In this document: one piece after another, positions 29,041 through 37,998 of the stretch
How positions within the stretch are numbered: the first letter of the stretch is position 1
Layout of the letters: every line of letters starts with the position of its first letter
Virus record (IMG/VR): IMGVR_UViG_3300025121_000282
Location: 62,001 to 126,000 of that record
Strand: one strand, 5' to 3'
Length of the DNA stretch: 64,000 nucleotides
The notes under the pieces: model-generated
The model's database searches: none
What the model was told of the DNA's origin: nothing
What the model saw: the letters and a program-made list of their open reading frames with translations, nothing else
Translations under genes and position numbers: made by a program

Positions 29041-29688
29041 CTAGACCCCTTTGGTAAACAGAGTTTCTACTTTGTAAGACGGGAGAAATGGGTGGTCCTC
29101 ATGCCAGACAGTAATCAGTTGAACGGCGTGATATTTTAAGCTGTCAGAGAAATCACTGGTGCTGTAACCACACCTACTGTCTAGTGCCTTTTTGTATGCA
29201 TCCATGCTCATTTGATGTGTCATCACAACGGCTGTTTCCGTCTCTTCGGCAAGCTTCCTAGCTTTTTCGCAATCGTAGTTTGCACCACAGTCGATAGCAA
29301 TGATGCTAGGCCCGTCGTAAGCCTTGGCCAATGTCTCAATGTCTGCAGGGTTATCAGCCACTATCACATGGACTGCGTCAGATGGGAAGTCGGCCCTGAC
29401 TATCTCGTAAAATTTCGCTTCGTACGAATGTAACTGCCAAGTGTACATACTTTTATAATCTAGACAGTCGATTATACCAAGTTCTCGTCTTTTATCCTCA
29501 AACTTCGGATGGCCGCTGTGGATTGTGATGAGTTTGTTCATTACCTGTCTTGCAGGCATTTCCGTAAACAGCACCACCGACTGGCCGCAAACTATCTTTT
29601 TGTACAACTCGCTCAGTAAATAGCTGCTCCTGCCGTGGCCTGCGAACCCGGCAATTACAGTCACCATTCCGTTGAGTAAAAGCATCAA
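29041..29688 (-). CDS. degenerate DnaB-C/RecA-like P-loop protein
   Basis: GMVTVIAGFAGHGRSS (Walker A K to R), LFTEMPARQV, IIAID. Confidence 0.5.
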   Translation of the reverse strand: MMLLLNGMVTVIAGFAGHGRSSYLLSELYKKIVCGQSVVLFTEMPARQVMNKLITIHSGHPKFEDKRRELGIIDCLDYKSMYTWQLHSYEAKFYEIVRADFPSDAVHVIVADNPADIETLAKAYDGPSIIAIDCGANYDCEKARKLAEETETAVVMTHQMSMDAYKKALDSRCGYSTSDFSDSLKYHAVQLITVWHEDHPFLPSYKVETLFTKGV

Positions 29689-29918
29689 ATTAGTCCTTTA
29701 TGGTGCATCGTTTCGGCAAGTGTGTACGCACAAATTTCACTATTGACACAGGCAATTCTAAGATTCGTACCTATATAAACATCGCCTACAATCGGTAGAT
29801 TGTCAAATAACACACCATCAGGACAGACTACCCTTGTCTCACTTATGATAGCGAATCGCCACGGTAGGTTGTTCTGCTCTTCGGCAGTTAGTATAAGTAC
29901 AGCCTCCAACTTGGGCAA
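29685..29918 (-). CDS. hypothetical protein
   Basis: 77 aa ORF, TTG start uncertain. Confidence 0.4.
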   Translation of the reverse strand: MPKLEAVLILTAEEQNNLPWRFAIISETRVVCPDGVLFDNLPIVGDVYIGTNLRIACVNSEICAYTLAETMHHKGLI

Positions 29919-30168
29919 GGTGGTCAGGCTTTGTGGTGTCTAACACTATGTCTGTTTTCAATTAGTACCTCAAAAGAAATGGTTGCATTGTGCCTGAGGG
30001 CTTTCGAGGCCCACGCTGACCTGTTACGTTTGGCTGTTCAGAGCATACCAGTATTGCAATTATACACAAGGCGGGTTAATCTGTACTCCAAGTTTGAATG
30101 GCCATTGTTGCAGAGTACTGTAGGCAGCCCTAACACTAATTCTTTTATGTTACTTCGTACACAAGAAT

Positions 30169-31590
30169 TTGAAAGCAAGAAGCACTATTCCCGAATCTTC
30201 AACTAATCCTGGCAAACTCCAGGCACTCAGTAATCTGTATCAGGAATATTTGAAGTACATGGAAGTTTGTGTGGGGTTGATGATTAAAGACAAGGTATTT
30301 AGTCTAAAGCCCTCAGAAAGAATGTTGTACTTTCCAAATTCCAGCACATTGACTGTGAATATAAAAGCCAGTTGTCAAATGCAGTCAATACAACTGGTTA
30401 ACAGTTGGGTAGCTGGTGTTTATGTTAGAATTTTAAGGAAGTATATCGGAAAGCAAAAATTTATTGATTCAGAAGCTAAACAACTTTATACGATCGGAAA
30501 ATATCGTCTTACTCATGGTGGTAAATTTGGAAATGCTGAGGTTTCCCAAAAATTAGTTGACCTTTATTGGTCTTGGGTTTGGAATCCCGAAATTGTGGGC
30601 AATCCTCCAAGAATCACTTACAAAATCCCAATGAGGATGACAGAGCACACGGTTGTTGTTGAACCACCAAAAAACACCGTTCATTTTAATGGTTTGTGGT
30701 TAAAGTTTTCTTCCCTGGTTTCAAAACAGCGGATTTCAATTCCCCTCAAAGTCACACCACACCTCCATCGGTTTGTTGGTTTGGCAAACATTGCTCTTAC
30801 AGTTTATGTCAGAAAGACGCGCATTGGGTGGCAGTTTCTCTTTACTGACAAATCTGAGGAACCCACTTTTGATGGTTCAGTGGGTAAGGTTGGAATAGAC
30901 GTTGGTTTAAATACTTTAGCTGCTACCAGCAGTGGAGAACTACATGGGTATAAATTTAAAAAGAAATTTGAGTATTTAAAAAAGAGGGTACAAGACGCAA
31001 GAGCAAATCGCCAAAGACAGGGTTTAAAGGATGACTCTTTAAAACTTTGGAAACTAGAACAACGCTTAAGTGGTCAGATCAAAACGGCTGTTGGTTCCAT
31101 TGCTAATAAACTTGTCAAGAAATATAAAGACCACACATTTGTCGTTGAAGATCTTGACCTCTCAGGATGTAAGGGTTCAAAGCGTTTTGCCTACAAAGCT
31201 CTTCAAAGCTCTTTAGCCCGAAAGGCTGTGATCGAGAAAATAAATCCGGCCTACACTTCTCAACAATGTCCAAGTTGCGGGTGCATTGATAAAAATAACA
31301 GAAACGGGATAAAATTTTCTTGTAAATCATGTGGTCGAAAAGCTCATGCCGATTTTGTTGGCGGGTTCAATATTCTCAGACGTTCTGAGAATAAAAATAT
31401 TGGGCTGAAAACGTCACCAAAAGAAGCAAAGGTAATTTTGAGAGAGCGATACCTTAGAAATAGGAACAGTTCCTCAAAACTCCCTGGTCGTAAGACCAAA
31501 ATAAAGCGCGCTTGTACGGACAAGCCAGAGACTCACTACGGAGAAATGCCGCAAAGTCTCAAATCAGGCTCAACTGAAAAGTTAACCTGA
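30169..31590 (+). mobile_element. tnpB: TnpB (IS200/IS605/IS607-family RNA-guided nuclease), no transposase in window
   Basis: RuvC-I GIDVG, RuvC-II VEDL, NPAYTSQQCPSCG...CKSCG, RuvC-III HAD; antisense to neighbours. Confidence 0.88.
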
Positions 31591-31630
31591 ATTCCACCGC
31601 TGTCTCCCGCTTCAGCAAGGCACATTGCAA

Positions 31631-32113
31631 TCAAACTGCCCCAAGAGACCTGATACGATTTCTAATTTCTGTTAGAATTTCGCCTAACCAGTTGGTTCCT
31701 CGCCATGTACTGCGACTATGGGCTCTAGAGTCAGATGCTTTTAAACCGATACCCCACAAACAATCGGTCGCACTGGCTTCTACTATTGTTTTGTTGCCTG
31801 TAGCCAGCAGTTCTGTTTTGAGGTCTTCGTTCTGTGTGTACTTGGCCCAAGAGCCTTTCCACACAATTTGTTTGGCCTTGGCTTTCCAAACACTATCGTT
31901 AAAGCCCCTCACAGCCTTTCCGAGGCGTTGGTGCTCAGCGGGGTCACTTGTACCCATTATTCTTTCCTCAATACCCATGTCGCCAAACAGACGGGCTTTC
32001 TCGGCCATCATGTACTGCTCAGCACAACAGTAGGCTACACCACCAATCACAAATGGACTTGGCGCCCACTGACTGAAATTGCTGCCCCAAAAGAAATGGA
32101 ATTCCTCTGACAT
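31631..32113 (-). CDS. NADAR family protein (YbiA/DUF1768)
   Basis: FSQW, AEQYMMAEKARLFGD, IVEAS...WGIG and WRGTNWLG motifs. Confidence 0.92.
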   Translation of the reverse strand: MSEEFHFFWGSNFSQWAPSPFVIGGVAYCCAEQYMMAEKARLFGDMGIEERIMGTSDPAEHQRLGKAVRGFNDSVWKAKAKQIVWKGSWAKYTQNEDLKTELLATGNKTIVEASATDCLWGIGLKASDSRAHSRSTWRGTNWLGEILTEIRNRIRSLGAV

Positions 32114-32362
32114 TTTGAGTACCCTGCAGTTGTTACCTTAAGATTTGTAATTCGTAACTCTGGTAGACCCATGTGTTGTGCTAAATGTGGGTATGTAGCC
32201 CATGTCCAAGTCTGCCACATCTGTGCTGTTAGTTCATTCCCAAAAGATGCCTTGATCAGTAAGATCAACGACCCGTCCAACTTGATTGTGTTGTGTTCAA
32301 ATCACCATTGGGAACTCGACCATGGATTGTTGCGACTAGAAGACTGCACTGGCGGTCTCTGA
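32111..32362 (+). pseudogene. 5'-truncated HNH endonuclease (paralog of 39537-40062)
   Basis: CAKCGY...HVQVCH...INDPSNLIVLCSNHHWELD; frame closed by TGA at 32108-32110; 3' end overlaps a tRNA. Confidence 0.7.
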
Positions 32363-32426
32363 GGGATTCGAACCCCCGTAGGCCCTTTAGGGGAGGGCTG
32401 CCTGATCCTGGCTAGGCTAAGAGACC
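32350..32426 (-). tRNA. atypical tRNA, probably Arg(CCU)-derived, 6-nt anticodon loop
   Basis: Acceptor GGUCUCU/AGAGACC, G73+CCA, D-loop GGA (A20), stem GCCCU/AGGGC closing CCCUAA. Confidence 0.7.
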
Positions 32427-32464
32427 ATGCTACACAAGTGTTGTCTTGTTACTTTACACTGTCA

Positions 32465-32893
32465 TCACCCGGGAACCATGAAGAACTTCCGCTTGTGGTT
32501 TTTCCAGCGGAACCGGAAATCGGTCGTCACACCGAACCGCTGACGGATGTACCAGCCGATGGCACCCTCGGTACCGCTTTTGGTCACCCAAGGCTGATTG
32601 ACGACAATCGTGGGAACGTTGGGGTCATCCCCATCCTCGATGGGGAAGGGCATGCAGAAGTCCCAATTGTAATCAGGAAGTTTGGGTTCTTCATAGCCAT
32701 AATACTCAGCATTAGACCCAAAAATCTCACGGTCACGGTCCACACTAGTCATCGAAATCAGCGTGGGGGCCAGACGGATGATTTTACGCCGAAGCTTAAA
32801 CATCACCCAGGTATCAGACCAGAGCACACCATAACTAGGGTCATACTGGAGACCCTCATGGTTGGACAGCAGGACAGATTTCTTGCTAGACAT
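32465..32893 (-). CDS. hypothetical protein
   Basis: 142 aa ORF. Confidence 0.55.
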   Translation of the reverse strand: MSSKKSVLLSNHEGLQYDPSYGVLWSDTWVMFKLRRKIIRLAPTLISMTSVDRDREIFGSNAEYYGYEEPKLPDYNWDFCMPFPIEDGDDPNVPTIVVNQPWVTKSGTEGAIGWYIRQRFGVTTDFRFRWKNHKRKFFMVPG

Positions 32894-32986
32894 TTAACAG
32901 ATCCTTTTTGTGGTTAAAGTACTAACAAGATAGCCTCCTCTCTAAGAATTGACTGTGTCAAAAATTGGTCTAATTACAAACATTGC

Positions 32987-33063
32987 TGGCTGGGGTACGA
33001 GGATTTGAACCTCGGTCCTCCGCTTCAAAGGCGGGTATCCTGGGCCAGCTAGATGATACCCCA
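32987..33063 (-). tRNA. trnQ: tRNA-Gln(UUG)
   Basis: U1-A72 acceptor, loop CU-UUG-AA, G73, encoded CCA. Confidence 0.92.
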
Positions 33064-33229
33064 CTATCTCAAAGGTTGCCTGGGTCTCACTACTGCTCGA
33101 AGTTCACCTTGTGAGGCTAAAATCGGTCACAGCCAAGTCTGGTGGCCAGCCCAAGCACAACATCAACACGTTGCCTAGCACGTTGTTTAAAGCCCCATAC
33201 AGCCCGATTGCTGTATGGCTCGCTCCTTA

Positions 33230-33427
33230 CTAGGTCGGGAGCTTAGAGTCGGGTTCCACAGGCTCACCGGTGACGGGATTCACTTCAGTGACCGTATCAG
33301 AATTCTTACCCACCATTTCAATGATAGCCGGGCTATCGGTGGCCATCCACCCTGTACAGCGTCGGTTCTGTTCGTCCCTGTACTTTATTCGCCACGGTCT
33401 GTTGGGCTTAATTTCTTGCGAGTCCAT
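33230..33427 (-). CDS. hypothetical protein
   Basis: 65 aa ORF. Confidence 0.45.
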   Translation of the reverse strand: MDSQEIKPNRPWRIKYRDEQNRRCTGWMATDSPAIIEMVGKNSDTVTEVNPVTGEPVEPDSKLPT

Positions 33428-33478
33428 GGGTTGTCACATCCTCAGTTGGTACTATTATTACACAGAGAGTTTGGCAGG

Positions 33479-34027
33479 TCAATCTGCCGCTGTTTGAATT
33501 TCTTTTATACTGACGTTTCCTACAAACAACCGCTCAATACCAACGTGTTTTACAGCCGTCACCGTTATGTGCAGTCCTTCTGGATGCAACACCTCATTAA
33601 CTCGGTCCAACAATTCCTCATTGGCTAGCTTGAGTGGTGCTGCATCCATTGGGTAGTCTCTAATAGTCAGAGCGTGCATAAACCAAAAGGGCAAAGCCCC
33701 GAAATCCTCTGGTTGAAGTCCGTCTGCAGACCAGTACTGCTTAGCATAAGCAAATAATTTACAGTCATGTAATTGACTTTGACTGCCAACTTCGTTGTAA
33801 ACATTAGCAACAACATAACTATCTACATGTTTTGGCTTTCCATAGAATACCACACTCTCAATCTTGTCCCCTGGGAAAATTGCATGACTATCGTGTAAAA
33901 CAAAGAAATGCTTGCTATAAAGTAATTTTGAGATAGCCTCACGTTGTGACAGGGTGGCAACCTCTGGACCATGGATGACTAATTCTGATGTTTTAGGGTG
34001 TATACCGATCCAGGCAAACGGCTCCAT
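33479..34027 (-). CDS. hypothetical protein
   Basis: 182 aa ORF. Confidence 0.6.
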   Translation of the reverse strand: MEPFAWIGIHPKTSELVIHGPEVATLSQREAISKLLYSKHFFVLHDSHAIFPGDKIESVVFYGKPKHVDSYVVANVYNEVGSQSQLHDCKLFAYAKQYWSADGLQPEDFGALPFWFMHALTIRDYPMDAAPLKLANEELLDRVNEVLHPEGLHITVTAVKHVGIERLFVGNVSIKEIQTAAD

Positions 34028-34030
34028 TAC

Positions 34031-34621
34031 CTACTCCACCACAATGTAGTCTTCGAGACTTGTAATCTCTTCTTTGGTTACAGCATCCGTGAAGAAACCA
34101 TCCAGGCCATGTGCCCAGGGCTTATTGGTCTCAGGGTCTATAATGGCCGCCCTGTCAATCCACATGGACGCCCCCGTACCACTCTCTATGGTAGGTAGGG
34201 CCCCACGAGCTTTGCCCATTCTGAAAGAACTCTCAGTGAAAGTGGCACCCCAGCCTATGGCTTTAAATGGTTTCACAATTCTCAGCGACAGTTGATGGGG
34301 ACTACGCTCGTGGTCGTGTCCGCACGAGTAGCAGTGCTCTAGGGGTGGAAGGTCTTTTAGGTCTGCTGTGCTGAACAACACTCTCAACTTAGCCAAAAAT
34401 CTGAGTGCCTCTGGGTCGGTGATGGACTCCAGAATAGTCTTTGCTACTGGATAGTTATGGCCAAATATAACATTTCGGTCAATAAATTCCGCACCCCGCA
34501 AAGCAATTGCTGGTAGCAGAACGTCCTGCCACTCCTCAAATGAGGATTCCTCGTACGGTATGTTTTGGAATAGGCGCCTTAGGCCCAGAATTTCTTTCTC
34601 ACTTAGTACAAGCATCTTCAA
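34031..34621 (-). CDS. hypothetical protein
   Basis: 196 aa ORF. Confidence 0.6.
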   Translation of the reverse strand: MKMLVLSEKEILGLRRLFQNIPYEESSFEEWQDVLLPAIALRGAEFIDRNVIFGHNYPVAKTILESITDPEALRFLAKLRVLFSTADLKDLPPLEHCYSCGHDHERSPHQLSLRIVKPFKAIGWGATFTESSFRMGKARGALPTIESGTGASMWIDRAAIIDPETNKPWAHGLDGFFTDAVTKEEITSLEDYIVVE

Positions 34622-34971
34622 TTACCTGTAGGTCCGAGAATGTTGCCACCGAAATCAAGATCAACCTTGGGGCCAAACAACTTGATTCTGCTCTCTTCAG
34701 CGGAGATCAGTTTTTGCGCTTCATGCACGTCAGTAATGCCCAGTTGTTGCCAGGGAGCCGACCACTCCCGGCTCTCCATGTTTTCTACAGTGTCAGGGGT
34801 GACGTAGACCCACACATGGGTTTTGAGGTTGATCCATCCGACGTAGTTGTAGCTGTCTAAACTGCCAATCGAATTGTTTGTGATGGGTTTGCCTACACGG
34901 CCTGAATACGGGCCAGCCGTTTTGGCCGCTTCGATCATACTAAATACAGATTTTGCTTCTAGTTTAAACAT
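34618..34971 (-). CDS. hypothetical protein
   Basis: 117 aa ORF. Confidence 0.55.
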   Translation of the reverse strand: MFKLEAKSVFSMIEAAKTAGPYSGRVGKPITNNSIGSLDSYNYVGWINLKTHVWVYVTPDTVENMESREWSAPWQQLGITDVHEAQKLISAEESRIKLFGPKVDLDFGGNILGPTGN

Positions 34972-34996
34972 GGGCCTTATACCTTAGTTATGAAAA

Positions 34997-35183
34997 TTGT
35001 TGCAGGCAGGGTTGGGCTTATTCAGGGGTACCCGGTTAAAGGCAGAGCCGAGAAGTTTGCTTGACCTACTACGCCCAGGGGCCGTGTGCTTGTCACCCTG
35101 GCGTCAATGTTCCAGAACCAACTCACAGCAAGCACATGTGACACGGCGCTAGTGCTGACCCACAAATTGGTCCTCTGCAACAA
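34997..35183 (-). ncRNA. candidate structured RNA (~185 nt rod)
   Basis: Terminal ttgttgcag/ctgcaacaa stem, nested internal complementarities, ORF-free gap. Confidence 0.35.
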
Positions 35184-35187
35184 AATC

Positions 35188-35415
35188 TTATTCTGCTATG
35201 TACTCGTCCGTGTTTATATTTGGACACTCCGTAAGGTGCCTGTTCAGCGAACGGGTGCCTGATTCAGTAGGACGGTAAGAGCCATTCTCTCTATTTTTAC
35301 GAACCCACCCCGCATTACATAGTTGTGTAGCCAAGGCATGGTTGACTCTGTAAGAATAAACGGGTGCGTTGTGAATAATAAACCAGAGTTCGCCATACAT
35401 ATTTGTTCTTAACAT
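35188..35415 (-). CDS. small winged-helix-like protein (paralog of 37171-37455)
   Basis: QLCNAGWVRKNRENGSYRPTESG. Confidence 0.55.
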   Translation of the reverse strand: MLRTNMYGELWFIIHNAPVYSYRVNHALATQLCNAGWVRKNRENGSYRPTESGTRSLNRHLTECPNINTDEYIAE

Positions 35416-35421
35416 ATAGAG

Positions 35422-35763
35422 TTACTCCTTGGCAGAAACAAAATTGACCATCACATTGTTGTTCTGAATGCCAAACACAATGCCCTCCATAAACTTGTTG
35501 TAATCGGTATTGTGGAGCATCATAAACGTACCTATGTTAGTGTGTACCAGAATCCCATCGGTCTTGTCTCTAACAGCGCCCAAGAAATCGGCGACAACAG
35601 TCTGCTTCCGACTGTCAGGTCCCTTACTCATTGTCTCAAATTGAATTAGCACTTTGACTACTGCCTCGTTATTGGGTGTGGTACATGGGCTGTAACTACC
35701 GTAGCAGTCAGCGGCGCTACTCCACTCTGACGACGGGTCACTCTGGCACCCATCGTCAGACAA
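35422..35763 (-). CDS. hypothetical protein
   Basis: 113 aa ORF. Confidence 0.5.
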   Translation of the reverse strand: MSDDGCQSDPSSEWSSAADCYGSYSPCTTPNNEAVVKVLIQFETMSKGPDSRKQTVVADFLGAVRDKTDGILVHTNIGTFMMLHNTDYNKFMEGIVFGIQNNNVMVNFVSAKE

Positions 35764-35854
35764 TCCGTGTTACGGTACCCACACCATAATCCGTGTCGTA
35801 TTACTGCGGGTCAACTACTGCGGAAGGTCTGAAGCCTGATTAACCACAATGCCG

Positions 35855-36346
35855 TCAGGCAGAGGAAAAGTAGTCACTGTAATCTTTTTCCTCAAAGTAC
35901 TGAGGTTCTGCCTTTTTGGTCAGAGGATTCAACATGAGAACCCAGGTGGCGTCAGCGGACGCAGGGCTGAACAACCCATTGGGGTCAGCCTGAGGCAGAA
36001 TGGCATACCCCTGGTTTAAGTTTTCTGCCGCAATCTTCTCAGGGTTCGTGAACTGGGTTGCAGCAGGGATACCAAATCCCAAAGACTTGCCAACCAGGAT
36101 GAACTTGCCGAGCATGGGACTGAAAACATAGGTATATGTAGTCAGCCCTTCCTGGTCCCGGAGTTCAAAAAGGGTCTTGACGATTTTCCGCTCACGGAAA
36201 TTTTTGATCCCAGGCATACCCACCTGGGATGTGCCTTCGGAGAGGATCTTTTCTTGCTGCTGTCTCTGACGGACGTCACTTGAAACCTCTTCACGAGGAC
36301 AACCAACAAGAGAAAGGCCTGCAGACAAAATCAGAAAACGCTTCAT
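35855..36346 (-). CDS. phage lipoprotein; possible frameshift near the C-terminus
   Basis: Lipobox LSLVGC; an alternate frame after the A5 run reads KITVTTFPLP. Confidence 0.65.
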   Translation of the reverse strand: MKRFLILSAGLSLVGCPREEVSSDVRQRQQQEKILSEGTSQVGMPGIKNFRERKIVKTLFELRDQEGLTTYTYVFSPMLGKFILVGKSLGFGIPAATQFTNPEKIAAENLNQGYAILPQADPNGLFSPASADATWVLMLNPLTKKAEPQYFEEKDYSDYFSSA

Positions 36347-36360
36347 GGGCTACTATTCCC

Positions 36361-36663
36361 TTAGTTACGAAGATTGAGGACAAAAGAGGCTAGATCGGGG
36401 GGCATGGCATCATGGGGAACAGTGTCCGCACGACGAATCATTTCTGAACGGAGAAGAGCCTTGTGGTCAGGGTCGGCAGAAGACGCATATGACATCTGCA
36501 TGTTCCTGATTTCTGATATAACCCCGTCCTGGAAAGCTTGAGAGTTCTTGAACACCTCTCTCCGGGTGTCTTCTTCTGCAGCCCCGAAGAGCTTAAAGGA
36601 CACCAGACCCAGGCCTCTTGCCCCAAAGGCAAGGAGGGCCAGTACGAGTAACGCAACTACCAC
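36361..36663 (-). CDS. membrane-anchored protein upstream of the lipoprotein
   Basis: N-terminal TM; RREVFKNSQAFQDG. Confidence 0.6.
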   Translation of the reverse strand: MVVALLVLALLAFGARGLGLVSFKLFGAAEEDTRREVFKNSQAFQDGVISEIRNMQMSYASSADPDHKALLRSEMIRRADTVPHDAMPPDLASFVLNLRN

Positions 36664-36715
36664 AACTATGAGCCAGTTGTAGGCCTCTTTGCGGTCTTCT
36701 CGTCACTGCTCAGTA

Positions 36716-37156
36716 TTAGACATTTTGCAGTTCGCTTTCTACAGTTTTAACCGACCACTTTTGCACACGTATTGTAATCCCAAATGGTGATTGGGTGATT
36801 TCACTTTTTGCGTTTATGTGTAATTCTTTCAGCGACTTGTTGATGGCATGAACAAGTACTTCGAATGGCCCAAGCCTTATGTTTTCCAGTTGAAGTTTAC
36901 TAATAAATGTAGTAGTCTCTTCCACTTCCTTTACAGGGAATTCGTGAAACTTGACCCCTCCAATAATTACAGCACCATCCACCTGAGTTGCAGAATTCCA
37001 GCTTGTAATCCTGGTTTCTACCTCTGGAATACTTTCCAGTCGTAGACGTATTTTGACATTGCTGATGCCAAGTGCATTCCACGGTGGGAACAACGTGAGT
37101 GTGGTCCCTGCCAGCGTGCCGACACTCTCATTACCTATGTATACTTCTGCATTCAT
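36716..37156 (-). CDS. hypothetical protein
   Basis: 146 aa ORF. Confidence 0.55.
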   Translation of the reverse strand: MNAEVYIGNESVGTLAGTTLTLFPPWNALGISNVKIRLRLESIPEVETRITSWNSATQVDGAVIIGGVKFHEFPVKEVEETTTFISKLQLENIRLGPFEVLVHAINKSLKELHINAKSEITQSPFGITIRVQKWSVKTVESELQNV

Positions 37157-37170
37157 TGCAGTACTCCCAA

Positions 37171-37455
37171 TTAGTCTATGTGTTTTGGCAATGACGGAAT
37201 TATATCTGACAATCTGAATATAGTAGGGTCAGACAAGTGTAGGTTTGCCCGATTCCAGTCTTCCAATTCATTTAGCTTGCGTATGCCTAACTCAGTAGGA
37301 CGATAAGAGCCGCTAATTCTGTTTTTGTGGACCAGTCCTGCCAAGCACAGTTGGTGGGCCACACCCTGGTAATACAACCCCCACACAGGAGCAGTATGGA
37401 CAATATGACGAAGTACCTGATGGTAGTACCTATAGTGTTTTATTTCGCGTTTCAA
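37171..37455 (-). CDS. small winged-helix-like protein (paralog of 35188-35415)
   Basis: QLCLAGLVHKNRISGSYRPTELG. Confidence 0.55.
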   Translation of the reverse strand: MKREIKHYRYYHQVLRHIVHTAPVWGLYYQGVAHQLCLAGLVHKNRISGSYRPTELGIRKLNELEDWNRANLHLSDPTIFRLSDIIPSLPKHID

Positions 37456-37662
37456 TTAGATGCCCCCAAATAGTAGCATTGGACTATGTGCTGGGCACCT
37501 GTCCGCATTTACCAAGTCTCCGAATATGTTATGCTCACAGAAGCATAGGGGTGTGCAACAGGTTGGATTGTGACATGGCTCAGGTTTGCCATCCTCTTTA
37601 ATTAAAAGAGGGAGACTACAAATTAGACATCTGGGCATGCTGCCTCGATTGTAATAAGCCAT
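37456..37662 (-). CDS. small Cys-rich protein
   Basis: CLIC, CHNPTCC and CFCEH motifs. Confidence 0.4.
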   Translation of the reverse strand: MAYYNRGSMPRCLICSLPLLIKEDGKPEPCHNPTCCTPLCFCEHNIFGDLVNADRCPAHSPMLLFGGI

Positions 37663-37686
37663 TGAAAGAAACCACCTGGAGAAAAA

Positions 37687-37769
37687 TGGAGCCGGGTGTG
37701 GGATTCGAACCCACGGTGTGGGATTCCGCCTTACAAGGGCGGTGCCGTCGACCGCTTGGCTAACCCGGC
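37687..37769 (-). tRNA. trnT: tRNA-Thr(UGU) with expanded variable region
   Basis: G1-C72/C2-G71, loop CU-UGU-AA, U73, CCA; 11-nt variable region. Confidence 0.85.
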
Positions 37770-37794
37770 AGAAACACAATTGTACATGGCAATT

Positions 37795-37965
37795 GGAAAT
37801 GCTGATTTTGAAGGCCCCAGGACTTCCACCTGGACACCACTTTTGATCGTGGCTGCTAGCGCAGACTCTAGAATCTGCGGCCAGTGTTGGGCACCGCTTA
37901 ATGACCACTTGGCGGGGCACAGAGCACCGGTCTTACAATAGGCCTTCAAAATCAGCACTTCTCCA
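37795..37965 (-). ncRNA. candidate multibranch ncRNA (~170 nt)
   Basis: 16-bp perfect stem 37801-37816/37941-37956 enclosing several hairpins. Confidence 0.5.
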
Positions 37966-37998
37966 GTGCCCAGGCGTTACAAAGTGTCCGTACTTTCC

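Noticed and set aside
29920-31630. IStron (group I intron plus TnpB) interrupting a minus-strand gene
   Set aside because: There are no group I P/Q/R/S blocks in the flanks, and no convincing rejoined ORF could be established.
32350-32426. Amber suppressor tRNA (CUA) and stop-codon recoding
   Set aside because: The CUA register breaks the anticodon stem. Long ORFs with recognisable domains are intact in code 11 and end at TAG, TGA and TAA.
35800-35840. IS605/HEARO-like end (gtcaactac...)
   Set aside because: Only about 9 nt match, and it lies within the probable frameshifted tail of the lipoprotein gene.
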